Source: an uncultured Actinomycetota bacterium (GTDB lineage Bacteria > Actinomycetota > Actinomycetes > Propionibacteriales > Nocardioidaceae). Taken from it: a DNA stretch of 64,000 nucleotides. Numbering within the stretch: position 1 is the stretch's first letter; every line of letters begins with the position of its first letter. Position numbers and translations under genes: made by a program. Positions 22,434 to 33,104 of this stretch are shown here, in pieces. The notes beneath the pieces are model-generated. The model was not told where the DNA came from. It ran no database searches and saw nothing but the letters and a program-made list of their open reading frames with translations. The DNA is taken from positions 211,550 through 275,549 of the forward strand of contig CAWEJC010000008.1 of the NCBI GenBank assembly GCA_963809265.1. Direction: 5' to 3'.

Positions 22434-22860
22434 TCAGTCGCCGAACAGCACCTGAGCGGCGTACGCCGTGTCGAAGTACTCGCGGACCGAGACGATCAGG
22501 CCGTCGACCACGCGGAAGACGACCGCGTAGTCGTTCTCGTAGCGTCGGCCCGAGCGCGTCGTGGCCCGGCTGGTCCACTCAGCGACGGCGTGCTCGCCGT
22601 CGGCGACCACCAGCGTCAGCTCCTGGCTCAGCGGCTGCGTCGTGTCGAGCCGCTCGGTCATCTGGACCAGGAAGCCGTCCAGGATCTCCCCCGGCCCGGT
22701 CCAGGTGCCCGAGGTCGGGAGCCCTCCGCGCAGCCACCAGGTCGCGTCCGGGGCGAAGCTCGCCGCGCAGGGCGTCGACGTCCCCGCGCTGCAGTGCGGC
22801 GACGTAGGCCTCGACGACGGCCCGCGTCTGCTCGGTCCGATCGGCGACGGATGTGCTCAT
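22434..22860 (-). CDS. SnoaL-like / NTF2 family protein (frameshift near 22760)
   Basis: TRAVVEAYVAALQRGDVDAL...VADGEHAVAEW...YENDYAVVFRVVDGLIVSVREYFDT. Confidence 0.8.
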
Positions 22861-23822
22861 GACTCCTCCAGGGTGTCGGGTGGGGTGACGGTGAGAACGA
22901 CGTTGCCGCGCACGCGGCGGGCCCGGAGTGCCTCGATCGCCGCCGGGGCGCCGTCCCACGCAGTCACGAGTCCGAGCTCGGGGTGGAGCCGCCCGTGGGC
23001 GACCAGGTCGACGAGGACAGCCAGGTCGTCGCCGTAGCCGTCAGCACCGCGCGTGTAGTCGAACTGACGAATGCTCGCCTGCGCCGGTCCCTCGAAGAAC
23101 TCGAAGAAGTCCAGGGTCACCGGCCGCCGGCTCGCCTGCCCGAACCAGAGGACCAGACCCTCGGCGCGCAGTCGCCGCAACGCCCGGGGCAGCACGTCGC
23201 CGCCCACGGACTCCATCACCACGTCGAACGGCGGGCCTTCGGTCGGCACGTCCGGGCGGACGTCGCGTGCCCCCAGCTCGCGGAGCCGCTCGCCGCGCTC
23301 CGCCGACGCACTCAGCGCGGTCACCTGGGCGCCCGCACCAGCCGCGAGCTCGACGAGGTAGTGCCCGACACCGCCACTGGCACCCGTCACCAGCAGCCGA
23401 CGACCCACGAGCGGGCCCGCCTGCCGGACCAGGCGCAGTGCGGTCAGCCCGGCGAGCGGCAGGGCGGCGGCGACGAGGTCACCGACGTGGTCGGGAAGGA
23501 CGGCCAGGTCGCGCACCGGCACGACGACCTGCTCGGCCCACCCCCCGGCCGGCGGGTGTCCGACCACGCGGGCGCCCACGGGCGGGCCGCTGCCGTCCTC
23601 GGCGGCACGGGTCACCACACCCGCGACGTCCTTGCCCGGTCGCCAGCTCGGTCGCGGGTGCTCGAGCAGCAGGGTCTCGCCGCGGTTGACCGAGAAGGCG
23701 CGTACGTCGACCAGCGCCTCGTCGGCGCACGGGCTCGGACGCTCGACGTCACCCATCCGGACCAGTCCGGGCTCGCCGGGGGCCGGGAGCCAGGCCCGCA
23801 CCATGGCCGACCCGCGTCTCAT
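22857..23822 (-). CDS. MDR family NADPH:quinone oxidoreductase-like protein
   Basis: VRAFSVNRGE, PGKDVAG, AALPLAGLTA, TGASGGVG; ATGA overlaps on both sides. Confidence 0.85.
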   Translation of the reverse strand: MRRGSAMVRAWLPAPGEPGLVRMGDVERPSPCADEALVDVRAFSVNRGETLLLEHPRPSWRPGKDVAGVVTRAAEDGSGPPVGARVVGHPPAGGWAEQVVVPVRDLAVLPDHVGDLVAAALPLAGLTALRLVRQAGPLVGRRLLVTGASGGVGHYLVELAAGAGAQVTALSASAERGERLRELGARDVRPDVPTEGPPFDVVMESVGGDVLPRALRRLRAEGLVLWFGQASRRPVTLDFFEFFEGPAQASIRQFDYTRGADGYGDDLAVLVDLVAHGRLHPELGLVTAWDGAPAAIEALRARRVRGNVVLTVTPPDTLEES

Positions 23823-25295
23823 CGTCGTCCCTCCCGCGCCGCCCCGATGGCGACGAGCAGGGCGACGCCGGCGACCAGCACCGCCTCCACGGAGGCGGCC
23901 CAGACCATGCCGTGCGCCTGGCCGGCGGTGCTGCCGTGGCTGCCCGCCGCTGCGAAGTAGATGGTGCCCACGACGGCGACGCCTGCCGACGCGGCGAACT
24001 GCTGGACCGTGGTCAGCGCGCCGGCCGCGGCGCCCGCGTGACGGCCGGGGACGTCGACGATGGAGCGACCGATCAGCGAGGGCAGGACCAGGCCGTTCCC
24101 GGGTCCCATCGCGGCGGCCACCAGGGTGAGGACCACCGGGGACGTGGCGTCGCCCTGGAGCCCGACCAGGACCGCCACCGCGACCAGGGACGACGGCCGT
24201 GAGCAGCGCACCGGCCACGATCGGCGCCACTCCCCAGCGCTCCACCAGCCGGTGGCCGACGAACGCGCTGACCATGAAGAGGAACGCCGTGGGCGTGAAC
24301 ACCAGGCCCGCATGCAGCGCGTCGAGCCCGAGCCCCTCCTGGGAGAAGAGGGTCAGCGTGAACATGTAGCTCGCGAAGTAGAGCGAGGAACGCGAAGTTG
24401 GCCGCGAGCCCGGCGCTGAACGACCGCACCCGCAGCAACGCCAGCTCCAGCAGCGGGCTCGCCGCCGCGCTGCCGAGCGTGCCGCTCCCAGCGCAACGTC
24501 GCGACCCGCACAGCACGGCGGCCGCCATCAGGACCCAGGTCCACGCCGGCCAGCCTGCACCGTGCGGCCGAGGGTGAGCGGCACCAGCAGCAGGGCGAGC
24601 GAGACGGCGAGAGCCAGCCGCGCCGAGCGGGTCGAGCGCGCCCGGCGTACGACCGGCCCGCGGCTCGCGGGAGGCAGCCGGGTGGCGAGCAACGCACCGG
24701 CGATCCCGACCGGCACGTTGACCAGGAAGATCGTGCGCCAGCCGAGCCCGGCGACGTCGGCTGGTGACCAGGACCCCGCCGAGCACCTGCCCGGCGATCG
24801 CCGCCGACGCCCGAGCGCGACGCCGTACCAGGCGGTGGCCCGGCTCGGCGTCGCTGGGCCGGCAGGACCGCGGTGATCAGGCCCAGCACCTGCGGCAGCA
24901 TCATCGCGGCGGTCAGCCCCTGGGCGAGCCGCGCGGCGATCAGCTGGCCCGGCGTCGCCGCGGTCCCGCAGAGCAGCCGAGGTGGCCGCGAAGCCGCAGC
25001 ATGCCCGAGGACGTACATGCCGGCGGTGGCCGAACGAGGTCGCCGAGCCGGCCACCGGTGCACCAGCGCCCGCGGCGTAGGCGAACGCGTAGCCGCCGAC
25101 GACCAGCTCGAGCGCGACGTCGCCGATCGTGAGGTCGTGCCGCAGGGTGGGGGCAGCGACGTTGACGACGAAGAAGTCGAACTGGGCCATGAACGTCGCC
25201 ACCAGCAGGACCGCCACCATCGCGGCCTCGTTCCGCGGCCGTGACCATCGCGCGTCGTGCTCCCCCACGCGAGCGTCCGGTGTCATCTGGGCCAA
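23819..25295 (-). CDS. MFS DHA2-type efflux transporter, multiply frameshifted
   Basis: FMAQFDFFVVNVAAP, VVGGYAFAYA, ARLAQGLTAAMMLPQVL, GWRTIFLVNVPVG spread over ORFs 24528..25295, 24353..25063, 24073..24786, 22857..24365 and 23819..24313. Confidence 0.8.
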
Positions 25296-25394
25296 CGCCC
25301 TCGTCTCCTTCGTCCGAACGGCGTGCCGGTCACGCCCTGCGGCGATCCGACCACCGGGAGGAGACCCGAACCAGACGACCTTCGCGCTCGCTGC

Positions 25395-25413
25395 GATCAG
25401 CGACCGTGATCGT
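25395..25413. promoter_or_regulatory. putative LysR recognition box upstream of the MFS gene
   Basis: GATCAGCGACCGTGATCGT: ATC-N9-GAT (T-N11-A), 16/19 identical to 26395-26413. Confidence 0.55.
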
Positions 25414-25424
25414 GGGGCGTCACG

Positions 25425-26282
25425 TCACCGAGGAACGGCGAAGCCGGTGCGCCACGACGCGTGCTCGAGCTCGAAGCCGAGCCCCGACCGGAGCCAGGTG
25501 TTGTCCGCACCGCGGGCCCACGGCTCGGCGGCCCCGACCGGTCCGGGGGGCGGAGCCGGTGCTCCCACGGCCTCGCAGAACGCCGGGACCCAGGTGAGGC
25601 CGTCCGCCGGGTCGTCGTCGCAGACGTTGACCGCGCCGGTGGGCCACTCCAGCGCCGCCACGGCCGCCCGGGCCGCGTCGTCGACGTGCACGAAGCTGGT
25701 GACATCGGCGTCCGGGACGAGCCGACCGGACCGCGCCTCGTCGGCCCGCAGCCCGTCCGCCGCGAACCACGTGTCGGGCCCGTAGAACATCCCGTAGCGG
25801 AGCACGACCCACTCCGGCGCCACGGCCGCGGACTCCTCCACGGTGGCGACGGCTCGCACCGTGCGGCCCCGCGGGTCCTCCGCCGAGACGTCCAACGCCT
25901 CCGTCTCCTGGGCGAGTCCGGACCCGGGCACGTAGGCCCACGCGATGCTCTGCGCGACCACCCGGCGTACGCCGGCCGCCCGGACCGCCGCCGCCAGGGC
26001 GGCGCTGCCGGCCAGTCGGAGCTCGCCGTTGGCGGGACCGACGCCGGTCCGGAGGTCGGTGAGCTGGTTCATCACCACGTCCGGAGCGGCTGCGGTGACC
26101 GCCCGGACCATGGCGTCCTCGTCCTTGGCGTCCGCGACGAGCGGGGTGGCACCGAAGGACCGGAGGAGGTCGGCGCCGGCCTCGTGCCGGGTCAGACCCG
26201 TGACCCGGTGGCCGGCCTCGACCAGGTCCGGGACGATCCGCCGGCCGAGGACTCCGGTCGCTCCTGCGAGGAACACGTGCAT
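25425..26282 (-). CDS. NAD-dependent epimerase/dehydratase family protein
   Basis: MHVFLAGATGVLG, VLRYGMFYGP, SFVHVDDAA, VNVCDD. Confidence 0.88.
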   Translation of the reverse strand: MHVFLAGATGVLGRRIVPDLVEAGHRVTGLTRHEAGADLLRSFGATPLVADAKDEDAMVRAVTAAAPDVVMNQLTDLRTGVGPANGELRLAGSAALAAAVRAAGVRRVVAQSIAWAYVPGSGLAQETEALDVSAEDPRGRTVRAVATVEESAAVAPEWVVLRYGMFYGPDTWFAADGLRADEARSGRLVPDADVTSFVHVDDAARAAVAALEWPTGAVNVCDDDPADGLTWVPAFCEAVGAPAPPPGPVGAAEPWARGADNTWLRSGLGFELEHASWRTGFAVPR

Positions 26283-26394
26283 GGCTGCTCTGCCTTCTCT
26301 CTGCACTCGGGCCCGGCGACGACGCAGCCGGGCGGGGACCCATCAGCACACCGTCCACCGGTCCGGCGATCCAGCAGCGAGCGGCTCTCGCCGT

Positions 26395-26413
26395 GATCGG
26401 CGTTCGTGATCGT
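26395..26413. promoter_or_regulatory. putative LysR recognition box in the divergent promoter
   Basis: GATCGGCGTTCGTGATCGT: ATC-N9-GAT. Confidence 0.55.
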
Positions 26414-26460
26414 CGCCGTTCTCCCCCAGCCTAGCGACTGACAAGACGGTCCGTCTCGTC

Positions 26461-26490
26461 TTGACGGCGAGACGCTGCGTCTCGTAGCGT
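26461..26490 (+). promoter_or_regulatory. sigma70-type promoter of a leaderless lysR transcript
   Basis: TTGACG-N18-TAGCGT, 6 nt before ATG 26497. Confidence 0.6.
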
Positions 26491-26496
26491 CGGGCC

Positions 26497-27393
26497 ATGG
26501 CAAGCGTCGAGCTGCGTCAGCTGCAGTACTTCGTGGCCGTGGCCGAGCACCTGCACTTCGGGCGGGCGGCCGAGGCCCTGTCGATCGGCCAGCCGGCGGT
26601 GAGCCAACAGGTCGCCCGTCTCGAGCGGACCCTCGGCACCGAGCTGCTCGACCGCACCCCGCGAACGGTCCGCCTCACCGAGCACGGGAGCCGGTTCCTG
26701 CCCGAGGCCCGCAAGGTGCTGGTCGCCGTCGAGCGCGCCCGCGCGTCCGTCACCCGGTCCGAGGAGGACCCGGGAACCCTGCGCATCGGCACCTGCTCGG
26801 GTCTCGCCGGACGCCTCGACGCCTTCCTCGCCGCGGTGAGCGAACGCCGTCCGGGAGCGGCGGTCGAGCTCGCCTCGGTCCCCCAGCGACCCAGGCTCGA
26901 GCGCGTGGCCGCCGGTCAGCTGGACGCGGCCTTCGTGCGCGGCGTCCCGGCCGCCGCCGGCGTGGAGGTCGTGGAGGTCTGGAGCGACCGCCTGGTCGCG
27001 GCCGTCCCGGCCACCCACGAGCTCGCCGAGCGCGACGCGGTGTCCCTCGCCGAGCTGGGAGAGCTGCCGCTGCGCCTGGTCAACCGTCGGGTCAACCCCG
27101 TGCTGGTCGACCTCGTGCTGGGCCGGTGCGCGGAGGCGGGCGTCCACCCGCACCGGCTGGTGTTCGACGGTGGCCCGGTCGACAACCTCCTGGCCGCGGT
27201 CTCCACCGGAGTGCCGTCGTGGACGGTCCTCTACGAGGCGCACGCCCGGATGATCCGGAGTCCCCGCGTGGCGTTCGTCCAGGTCGAGCCGACCCTGTCG
27301 ATGCCCACCTGCCTGGCCTTTCCCGAGCACGCCACCTCCCGGGAGGCCGCACCGCTCCTCGAGGCGGCCCGCGTGGCCGCGGAGGCCGCCTGA
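26497..27393 (+). CDS. LysR family transcriptional regulator
   Basis: LRQLQYFVAVAEHLHFGRAAEAL...QPAVSQQVARLE...LLDRTPRTVRLT. Confidence 0.95.
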   Translation: MASVELRQLQYFVAVAEHLHFGRAAEALSIGQPAVSQQVARLERTLGTELLDRTPRTVRLTEHGSRFLPEARKVLVAVERARASVTRSEEDPGTLRIGTCSGLAGRLDAFLAAVSERRPGAAVELASVPQRPRLERVAAGQLDAAFVRGVPAAAGVEVVEVWSDRLVAAVPATHELAERDAVSLAELGELPLRLVNRRVNPVLVDLVLGRCAEAGVHPHRLVFDGGPVDNLLAAVSTGVPSWTVLYEAHARMIRSPRVAFVQVEPTLSMPTCLAFPEHATSREAAPLLEAARVAAEAA

Positions 27394-27511
27394 GGTGTCG
27401 GGAAGGCCCCGCCGCCCGTAACCGGTTCGAGACCGATCGGGCCTTGCCCTCGACCGTTCCTCAGGGGAGAGTGAGCGCGGCCGTCACGGGGCGGCCCCGT
27501 CAGGGGGACAG

Positions 27512-30442
27512 ATGAACCACCACCTCATGCCCGGACGTCGACGTGCGGGGATCGTCCTCGCCACCGTCGCGTCGCTCGCCGTGGCCGGCTCCGCGGCCGG
27601 CACGTCGTACGCCCACGAGAGCGGGAGCAAGGCCGCCGCCGCGCACGCCTCGCCCCGCGCGTCCCACGGCGGTGCCGTGCGCGACCCGTACGTCGACGTC
27701 ACCGCGCAGGGCAGCCAGGCCATCACCCGCGCGCTCCGGAACTCCGGTCGCGTGTCGCGGCAGCCGGCCGCCAAGGCGTTCCGGGCCGCCCAGCCCGACG
27801 GCACCGTGCTCGACATCAGCGGGACGACCGGGACGGTCCGCTTCCTGGGCAACCTGAACGGCTTCCTGACGAGCGCGAGCAAGAAGTCGGCGAAGAGCAT
27901 CGCCCTGGGCTACGTCCGGTCGCACGCCGGGGCCCTGGGGCTGACGACCGCCGACCTCAGCACCTTCCACCTCGGCCGGACCTACACCGACATCTCCGGC
28001 ACCCGTCACCTCTTCTTCACCCAGCGCATCGGCGGCAGCAGCGCCGCCCGCAACGGTCTGACCGCGTCGGTGAACCGCAAGGGACGCCTCCTGACGCTCG
28101 GCGGCATGCCGATCACGACGGCGTCGGCCACCAAGCTCCCGCCCGCGTCGGCCCTGACGATCACCACCGCCGCCGAAGCACTGGCGCGCACCCGTGGTCC
28201 CGAGGCCCCGGGCGCTGCCACGAACGCCGACACGGCCCAGCGCGTGGTCTTCGCGACCGGCAACGGGCTCCGCCCGGCGTGGGAGACGGTGGTGACGTCC
28301 TCCGAGACGCCGGCCACCACCATCATCGACGCGGTCACCGGCGAGGTCCTCCTGCGCACGCCCCTCAAGCAGTACGAGCACAGCACCGGCCGGGCGTACC
28401 CGTTCTTCCCCGGCTCGCGACGCGGTGGACACCAGATCAAGGTCGACTTCACCAAGAAGGGCTGGCTGAACGGCCACGCCCACAAGCTCAGCGGCAACAA
28501 CTCCCACGCCTTCTCCGACGTGAACGACAACAACAAGGCGAGCAAGTCCGAGGAGGTCCACCCCCTCAAGGGTCACTCGTGGGGCTACCGGCTGACGCCG
28601 TTCCACCCGGGCCTGGGCGCCAAGAAGTTCTGCAGCAACCCGTGGCCGTGCTCGTGGAACCCGAACAAGGCCTTCTCCTGGAAGAAGAACCGGGCCCAGA
28701 ACGCCACCCAGGTCTTCTACTTCGTGAACAACTGGCACGACCACCTGAAGAAGGCGCCGATCGGCTTCAACGAGGCGGCCGGCAACTTCCAGCTGAAGAA
28801 CCACGGCAAGAAGGGCAAGGGCGGCGACCCGGTCGCCACCCAGACCGACGACGGGGCGAGCACCGGCACCGGTCAGCTGCACGGTCTCCCCGACGGCAAC
28901 CACATCGACAACGCCAACATGTCGACGCCGCCCGACGGCCACCGTCCGACGATGCAGATGTACCTGCAGCACGCGCCCGGCTCGAAGTACCCCTCCGAGG
29001 ACCCGTTCTCCCCGACGAACGTCGGTGACGAGGCGGACACCGTCTACCACGAGTACACCCACGGCCTGTCGAACCGGTTGAACGTCGACGTCCACGGCCG
29101 GTCCACCCTCGGTGGCGTGCAGGCCGGGGCCATGGGCGAGGCCTGGAGCGACTGGTACGCGATGGACTACCTGGTGGCCCACCACCTCCAGCGCGACCGC
29201 GCCGGCAAGGCCGACGTGCGGCTGTTCGTCTACGACGGTGAGGGCGTCAACTTCGACCGCACCGAGCCGATCGACTGCAAGGTCGGCCAGACCGCCAAGC
29301 TGTGCAACGGCGGCACGACCGGCCACCGCGGCGGCTACACGTACGCCGACTACGGCAACGTCGTGGGCGGTCCCGAGGTCCACTCGGACGGCGAGATCTG
29401 GGCCCAGACCCTCTGGGACCTCCGCGGTCGCCTCGGCTCCCGCAAGTCCGAGTCGATCGTGACCCGGGCGATGGAGCTCGCGCCGTACAACCCGTCGTTC
29501 ATCGACATGCGCAACGCGATCCTGATCGCCGACACCGCCGTCTTCGGCGGCAAGGACCACACCGCGATCTGGAAGGTCTTCGCGCACCGCGGCATGGGCT
29601 TCTACGCCGGCTCGCTCGGGGGCAACGACACCGAGCCCGCCGCGAGCTTCGCGATGCCCCCGGCCAGCCTGAACCCGGGCTTCATCCACGGTCGGGTCAC
29701 CGACGGCGACTCCGGCGACCCGCTCAAGGGACTCACGGTCTCGCTGGCCTTCCAGGGCTCCGGCGCTGCGAACCCGACGACCGTCACCGACGCCAACGGC
29801 GAGTACCTGCTCAGCAGCATCCCGGCCGGCACCTACAACAAGCTCCTGGTCACCGGCGGCGGTTACCGCGCCCAGGACCGGGACGTGCTGGTGCAGGGCG
29901 GCGACACGACAACGGTGGACTTCGCGCCTCGGCTGAACTGGGCCGGGCCCGGCAAGGGAGCGACGGCGACGGCCGACGGCCGTGACTTCAGCTCGATCGG
30001 CTGTGGCGCCGACGCCGCGATCGACGGCAGCCAGGCCTCGGGCTGGAGCACGGACGCCACTGCCTCCGGCAGCGGGATCCAGGAGCGGCACCTCACGGTC
30101 GACCTGCACCGTGCGCTCGACCTGACCGGCTTCGCGGTCGACCCGTCGTCCACCTGTGGCGACGACCCGAGCTCGTCGACGGCGGGCTACCGGATCGAGA
30201 CGTCACCTGCCGGCGCGACCCACGTGTGGACCGTCCGCTCGAGCGGCACCTTCACGTCGGCCCAGAACGGCACCCTGGTCCCGTTGAACACGACGGCCGC
30301 CGGTGTGCAGTTCATCCGGTTCACGATCATCAGCGACCAGGTGCCGAACTTCGCCGCCACCTGCGGCGGTGGCGGTCAGCTGAGCGGATGTCGGTTCACG
30401 GACATGAGCGAGCTGCAGGTGTTCGGCGTCCCGTCCCCCTGA
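27512..30442 (+). CDS. secreted M36 (fungalysin-like) metallopeptidase with carboxypeptidase-regulatory-like and discoidin-like C-terminal domains
   Basis: Signal peptide, FTP/PepSY-like propeptide, IDNANMSTPPDG, YHEYTHGLSNRL, GEAWSD, EVHSDGEIWA, FAHRGMG. Confidence 0.9.
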   Translation: MNHHLMPGRRRAGIVLATVASLAVAGSAAGTSYAHESGSKAAAAHASPRASHGGAVRDPYVDVTAQGSQAITRALRNSGRVSRQPAAKAFRAAQPDGTVLDISGTTGTVRFLGNLNGFLTSASKKSAKSIALGYVRSHAGALGLTTADLSTFHLGRTYTDISGTRHLFFTQRIGGSSAARNGLTASVNRKGRLLTLGGMPITTASATKLPPASALTITTAAEALARTRGPEAPGAATNADTAQRVVFATGNGLRPAWETVVTSSETPATTIIDAVTGEVLLRTPLKQYEHSTGRAYPFFPGSRRGGHQIKVDFTKKGWLNGHAHKLSGNNSHAFSDVNDNNKASKSEEVHPLKGHSWGYRLTPFHPGLGAKKFCSNPWPCSWNPNKAFSWKKNRAQNATQVFYFVNNWHDHLKKAPIGFNEAAGNFQLKNHGKKGKGGDPVATQTDDGASTGTGQLHGLPDGNHIDNANMSTPPDGHRPTMQMYLQHAPGSKYPSEDPFSPTNVGDEADTVYHEYTHGLSNRLNVDVHGRSTLGGVQAGAMGEAWSDWYAMDYLVAHHLQRDRAGKADVRLFVYDGEGVNFDRTEPIDCKVGQTAKLCNGGTTGHRGGYTYADYGNVVGGPEVHSDGEIWAQTLWDLRGRLGSRKSESIVTRAMELAPYNPSFIDMRNAILIADTAVFGGKDHTAIWKVFAHRGMGFYAGSLGGNDTEPAASFAMPPASLNPGFIHGRVTDGDSGDPLKGLTVSLAFQGSGAANPTTVTDANGEYLLSSIPAGTYNKLLVTGGGYRAQDRDVLVQGGDTTTVDFAPRLNWAGPGKGATATADGRDFSSIGCGADAAIDGSQASGWSTDATASGSGIQERHLTVDLHRALDLTGFAVDPSSTCGDDPSSSTAGYRIETSPAGATHVWTVRSSGTFTSAQNGTLVPLNTTAAGVQFIRFTIISDQVPNFAATCGGGGQLSGCRFTDMSELQVFGVPSP

Positions 30443-30460
30443 GGGGCGGCGCCGAGAACG

Positions 30461-31648
30461 TCAGTGCGGGTCGGCCAGGAGGGCCGTGAAAGCGACCTCT
30501 CCTGCGCCGACCAGCGCGGAGTCAGGGCCGAAGGCCGGCAGCGCCAGGACGACACCGGGGCCGGCGTCGCCGAAGGTGTAGCGGGTGACCGCGGCCTCGA
30601 CCTGGGGCCGGGCCAGCTCGAGCACCTCCCCCAGTGAGCCACCCAGGATCACCCGCTCCGGGTTCAGGGTGTTCAGCAGGTTCGCGATCGCGCGGCCGAG
30701 CGTCTCGGCCGCTCCGGTGACCGCGCCCAGGGCCGCGGCGTTGCCGGCGTGCGCGTCGGCGAACAGGGCGGCGACCTTCTGGTCGGTCCGCGGGCCACGC
30801 CGGCCGGCCAGCTTCAGCAGGGCGCTCTCCCCCAGGAAGGTCTCCATGCAGCCGTGCTTGCCGCAGTGGCACAGGGGTCCGGACGGGTCCAGGACGTTGT
30901 GCCCGATCTCGCCGGCGTGACCGTCCCGCCCGCGCACGGGTACGCCGTTGATGATGATGCCCGCGCCGACGCCGATCCGGCCGATCAGGAAGACGACGTC
31001 GTCGGAGTCGCGGGCGTTGCCCCGCTGGTGCTCGGCCAGCACCGCCAGGTCGGCGTCGTTGCCGACGACCACGGGGGTCTGGCCCGGCATCGCGTCCTGG
31101 AGCATCCGGCCGATCGGGACGTTCTCCCAGCCCAGGTTGGGGGCCACCCCGATGCGGCCGGTGGCGACGTCCACCGTGCCGGGGATGCTCACGCCCACTC
31201 CGCACACGCGTCCGGGTGACGCGGCCGAGGACCGCATCCGCACGACGGCGTCGAGGACCAGGCGCACGAGCCCGTCGGGCTGCACGACACCGTCGGTGGT
31301 GATGACCTCGCGGGCCGCGACGGTGCCGCCGAGCGTGATCGCGGCGACCGTGACGTGGGCGACGTCGACGTCGACCCCCACGGCGTACGGGCCGGCGGCG
31401 TGAGGGGCGACGACGTGCGACGGACGGCCGACCCGCGCGCCACCACTCGGCACGACCTCCTCGACGAGACCCAGCTGGGCCAGGTCGCTGACCAACGCTC
31501 CGACCGTCGAGCGACTCACGTGCAGGCGCTGGGTGAGCTCGGCCCGGGTCAGGGCCCCGTCACGGTGGACGTGGCTCAGCAGCAGCGACAGGTTGTGCTG
31601 CCTGATGTCGTCCGGGCGTACCGCGCCCGCCGTGGGTCGTCCGGCCAC
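30461..31648 (-). CDS. ROK family (XylR-like) transcriptional repressor
   Basis: N-terminal HTH (TRAELTQRLHVSRSTV...GRPS), NDADLA, GAGII, AGEIGH, CHCGKHGCMET. Confidence 0.92.
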   Translation of the reverse strand: MAGRPTAGAVRPDDIRQHNLSLLLSHVHRDGALTRAELTQRLHVSRSTVGALVSDLAQLGLVEEVVPSGGARVGRPSHVVAPHAAGPYAVGVDVDVAHVTVAAITLGGTVAAREVITTDGVVQPDGLVRLVLDAVVRMRSSAASPGRVCGVGVSIPGTVDVATGRIGVAPNLGWENVPIGRMLQDAMPGQTPVVVGNDADLAVLAEHQRGNARDSDDVVFLIGRIGVGAGIIINGVPVRGRDGHAGEIGHNVLDPSGPLCHCGKHGCMETFLGESALLKLAGRRGPRTDQKVAALFADAHAGNAAALGAVTGAAETLGRAIANLLNTLNPERVILGGSLGEVLELARPQVEAAVTRYTFGDAGPGVVLALPAFGPDSALVGAGEVAFTALLADPH

Positions 31649-31656
31649 CGTTGGGG

Positions 31657-33093
31657 TCAGGACCTCGCCGCCCGGCGGCGCGAGACGGCGTCGATGGCGG
31701 CGGCCAGCAGCAGCACGACGCCGGTGATGACCTGCTGCCACTGCGGCTGGGCGCCCAGCTTCGCGTTGAGCTGCAGGCCGTTCGGGATGATGGCGATGAC
31801 CAGCGCACCCATGATCGCGTCGCGCGGCTTGCCGCGGCCGCCGAACAGGGAGGTGCCGCCGATGACCGCGGCCGCCACCGAGAACAGCAGCACGTTGCCG
31901 GAGCCGAGGTCGAGGGAGGCGGAGGACTGGTACGACGCCAGCATGATGCCGCCGAGGGCGCCGAACGCCGAGCACAGCGCGAACGCGGTGACCTTCATGT
32001 GGACGACGTCGATGCCCGCGCGGCGCGCGGCCTCGGCGTTGCCGCCGGTCGCGTAGAGGTGGCGGCCCCAGGTGGTCTTCGTCAGCACGAACGTCGCCAC
32101 GATCATCAGCACGAGGCAGATCACGGCCGGCACCGGGATGCCCTCCTTGACCACGCGGCCGAAGCCGCGGTTCTGGGTGGCGAGCAGGGTGATGAACACG
32201 CCCACGACGAGGATCGCGCCGCTGCGCAGGGCGATCAGGGCCATGCCGTCACGGGACAGGCCGCGCCGGGCCGCCTTGATCGAGGTGTAGAACGAGTACG
32301 CGACGTAGCCGCCGATCACGACGATCGTGAAGACCCAGCTCCACAGGATGCTGAGGTTGCCGTAGGCGAGCTTGTTCCAGAGGGTGTAGTTCGAGGTGTT
32401 GATCGGCTGTCCGCTCAGGGCGAACTGCAGCACGCCCTGCCAGGCCAGGAACAGGGCCAGGGTGACCACGAAGCTCGGGATGCCGACCTTGGCGACCAGG
32501 TAGCCGTTGAGGACGCCGATGGCGGTGCCGATGCACACGGCCGCCACCAGCGCCAGGAAGAGGTGCTGGGTCAGGTTGGTGAGGATCAGCACGAAGCCGA
32601 TCGCGACGACCACCCCGGCGCTCCAGGCCTTGAGCCAGAACGCGAGCGCCACCGCCACGGCCATGCCGATCACCAGGGCCCAGTACATGAGCCCGGGGAG
32701 GGCGCCGTGCAGGTGGTGGTTGAAGACCGCGACCGCCGCGATCGCGGCACACGTGCCGCCGGCGGTACCGGCCGACAGGTCGATCTCGCCCAGCAGGAGC
32801 ACGAAGACCAGGCCGAGACCGATCACCGCGATGTAGGCGCCCTGGCTGGGGATGTTGCCGATGTTGGCCTTGGTGAAGAAGCGCGAGCTCACCTGGCTGA
32901 ACAGGACCGCCAGCACGACCAGGCCCAGCACGGACGGCAGGGCGCCGGGGTCGCCCGTGCGGAGGCGACCGATCCAGTCGCGCACCGCGTCGGCGATGGA
33001 GCGCTCCTCGACGTCGAGGGAGAAGCTGCTGGCCCGGTCGCCGGTCGGCAGGGTGCCGGAGTCGACGTTGGTCTCGGGTGTGTTGCTCGACAT
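31657..33093 (-). CDS. sugar ABC transporter permease (XylH-like)
   Basis: LLGEIDLSAG, IPSFVVTLA, GRHLYATGGNAEAARRAGI, AAAVIGGTSLFGGRG. Confidence 0.92.
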   Translation of the reverse strand: MSSNTPETNVDSGTLPTGDRASSFSLDVEERSIADAVRDWIGRLRTGDPGALPSVLGLVVLAVLFSQVSSRFFTKANIGNIPSQGAYIAVIGLGLVFVLLLGEIDLSAGTAGGTCAAIAAVAVFNHHLHGALPGLMYWALVIGMAVAVALAFWLKAWSAGVVVAIGFVLILTNLTQHLFLALVAAVCIGTAIGVLNGYLVAKVGIPSFVVTLALFLAWQGVLQFALSGQPINTSNYTLWNKLAYGNLSILWSWVFTIVVIGGYVAYSFYTSIKAARRGLSRDGMALIALRSGAILVVGVFITLLATQNRGFGRVVKEGIPVPAVICLVLMIVATFVLTKTTWGRHLYATGGNAEAARRAGIDVVHMKVTAFALCSAFGALGGIMLASYQSSASLDLGSGNVLLFSVAAAVIGGTSLFGGRGKPRDAIMGALVIAIIPNGLQLNAKLGAQPQWQQVITGVVLLLAAAIDAVSRRRAARS

Positions 33094-33104
33094 CCCGCTC
33101 CCCC

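Noticed and set aside
22857-24365. Apparent MFS-dehydrogenase fusion
   Set aside because: Artefact of MFS frameshifts; the dehydrogenase has its own ATGA-coupled start at 23822.
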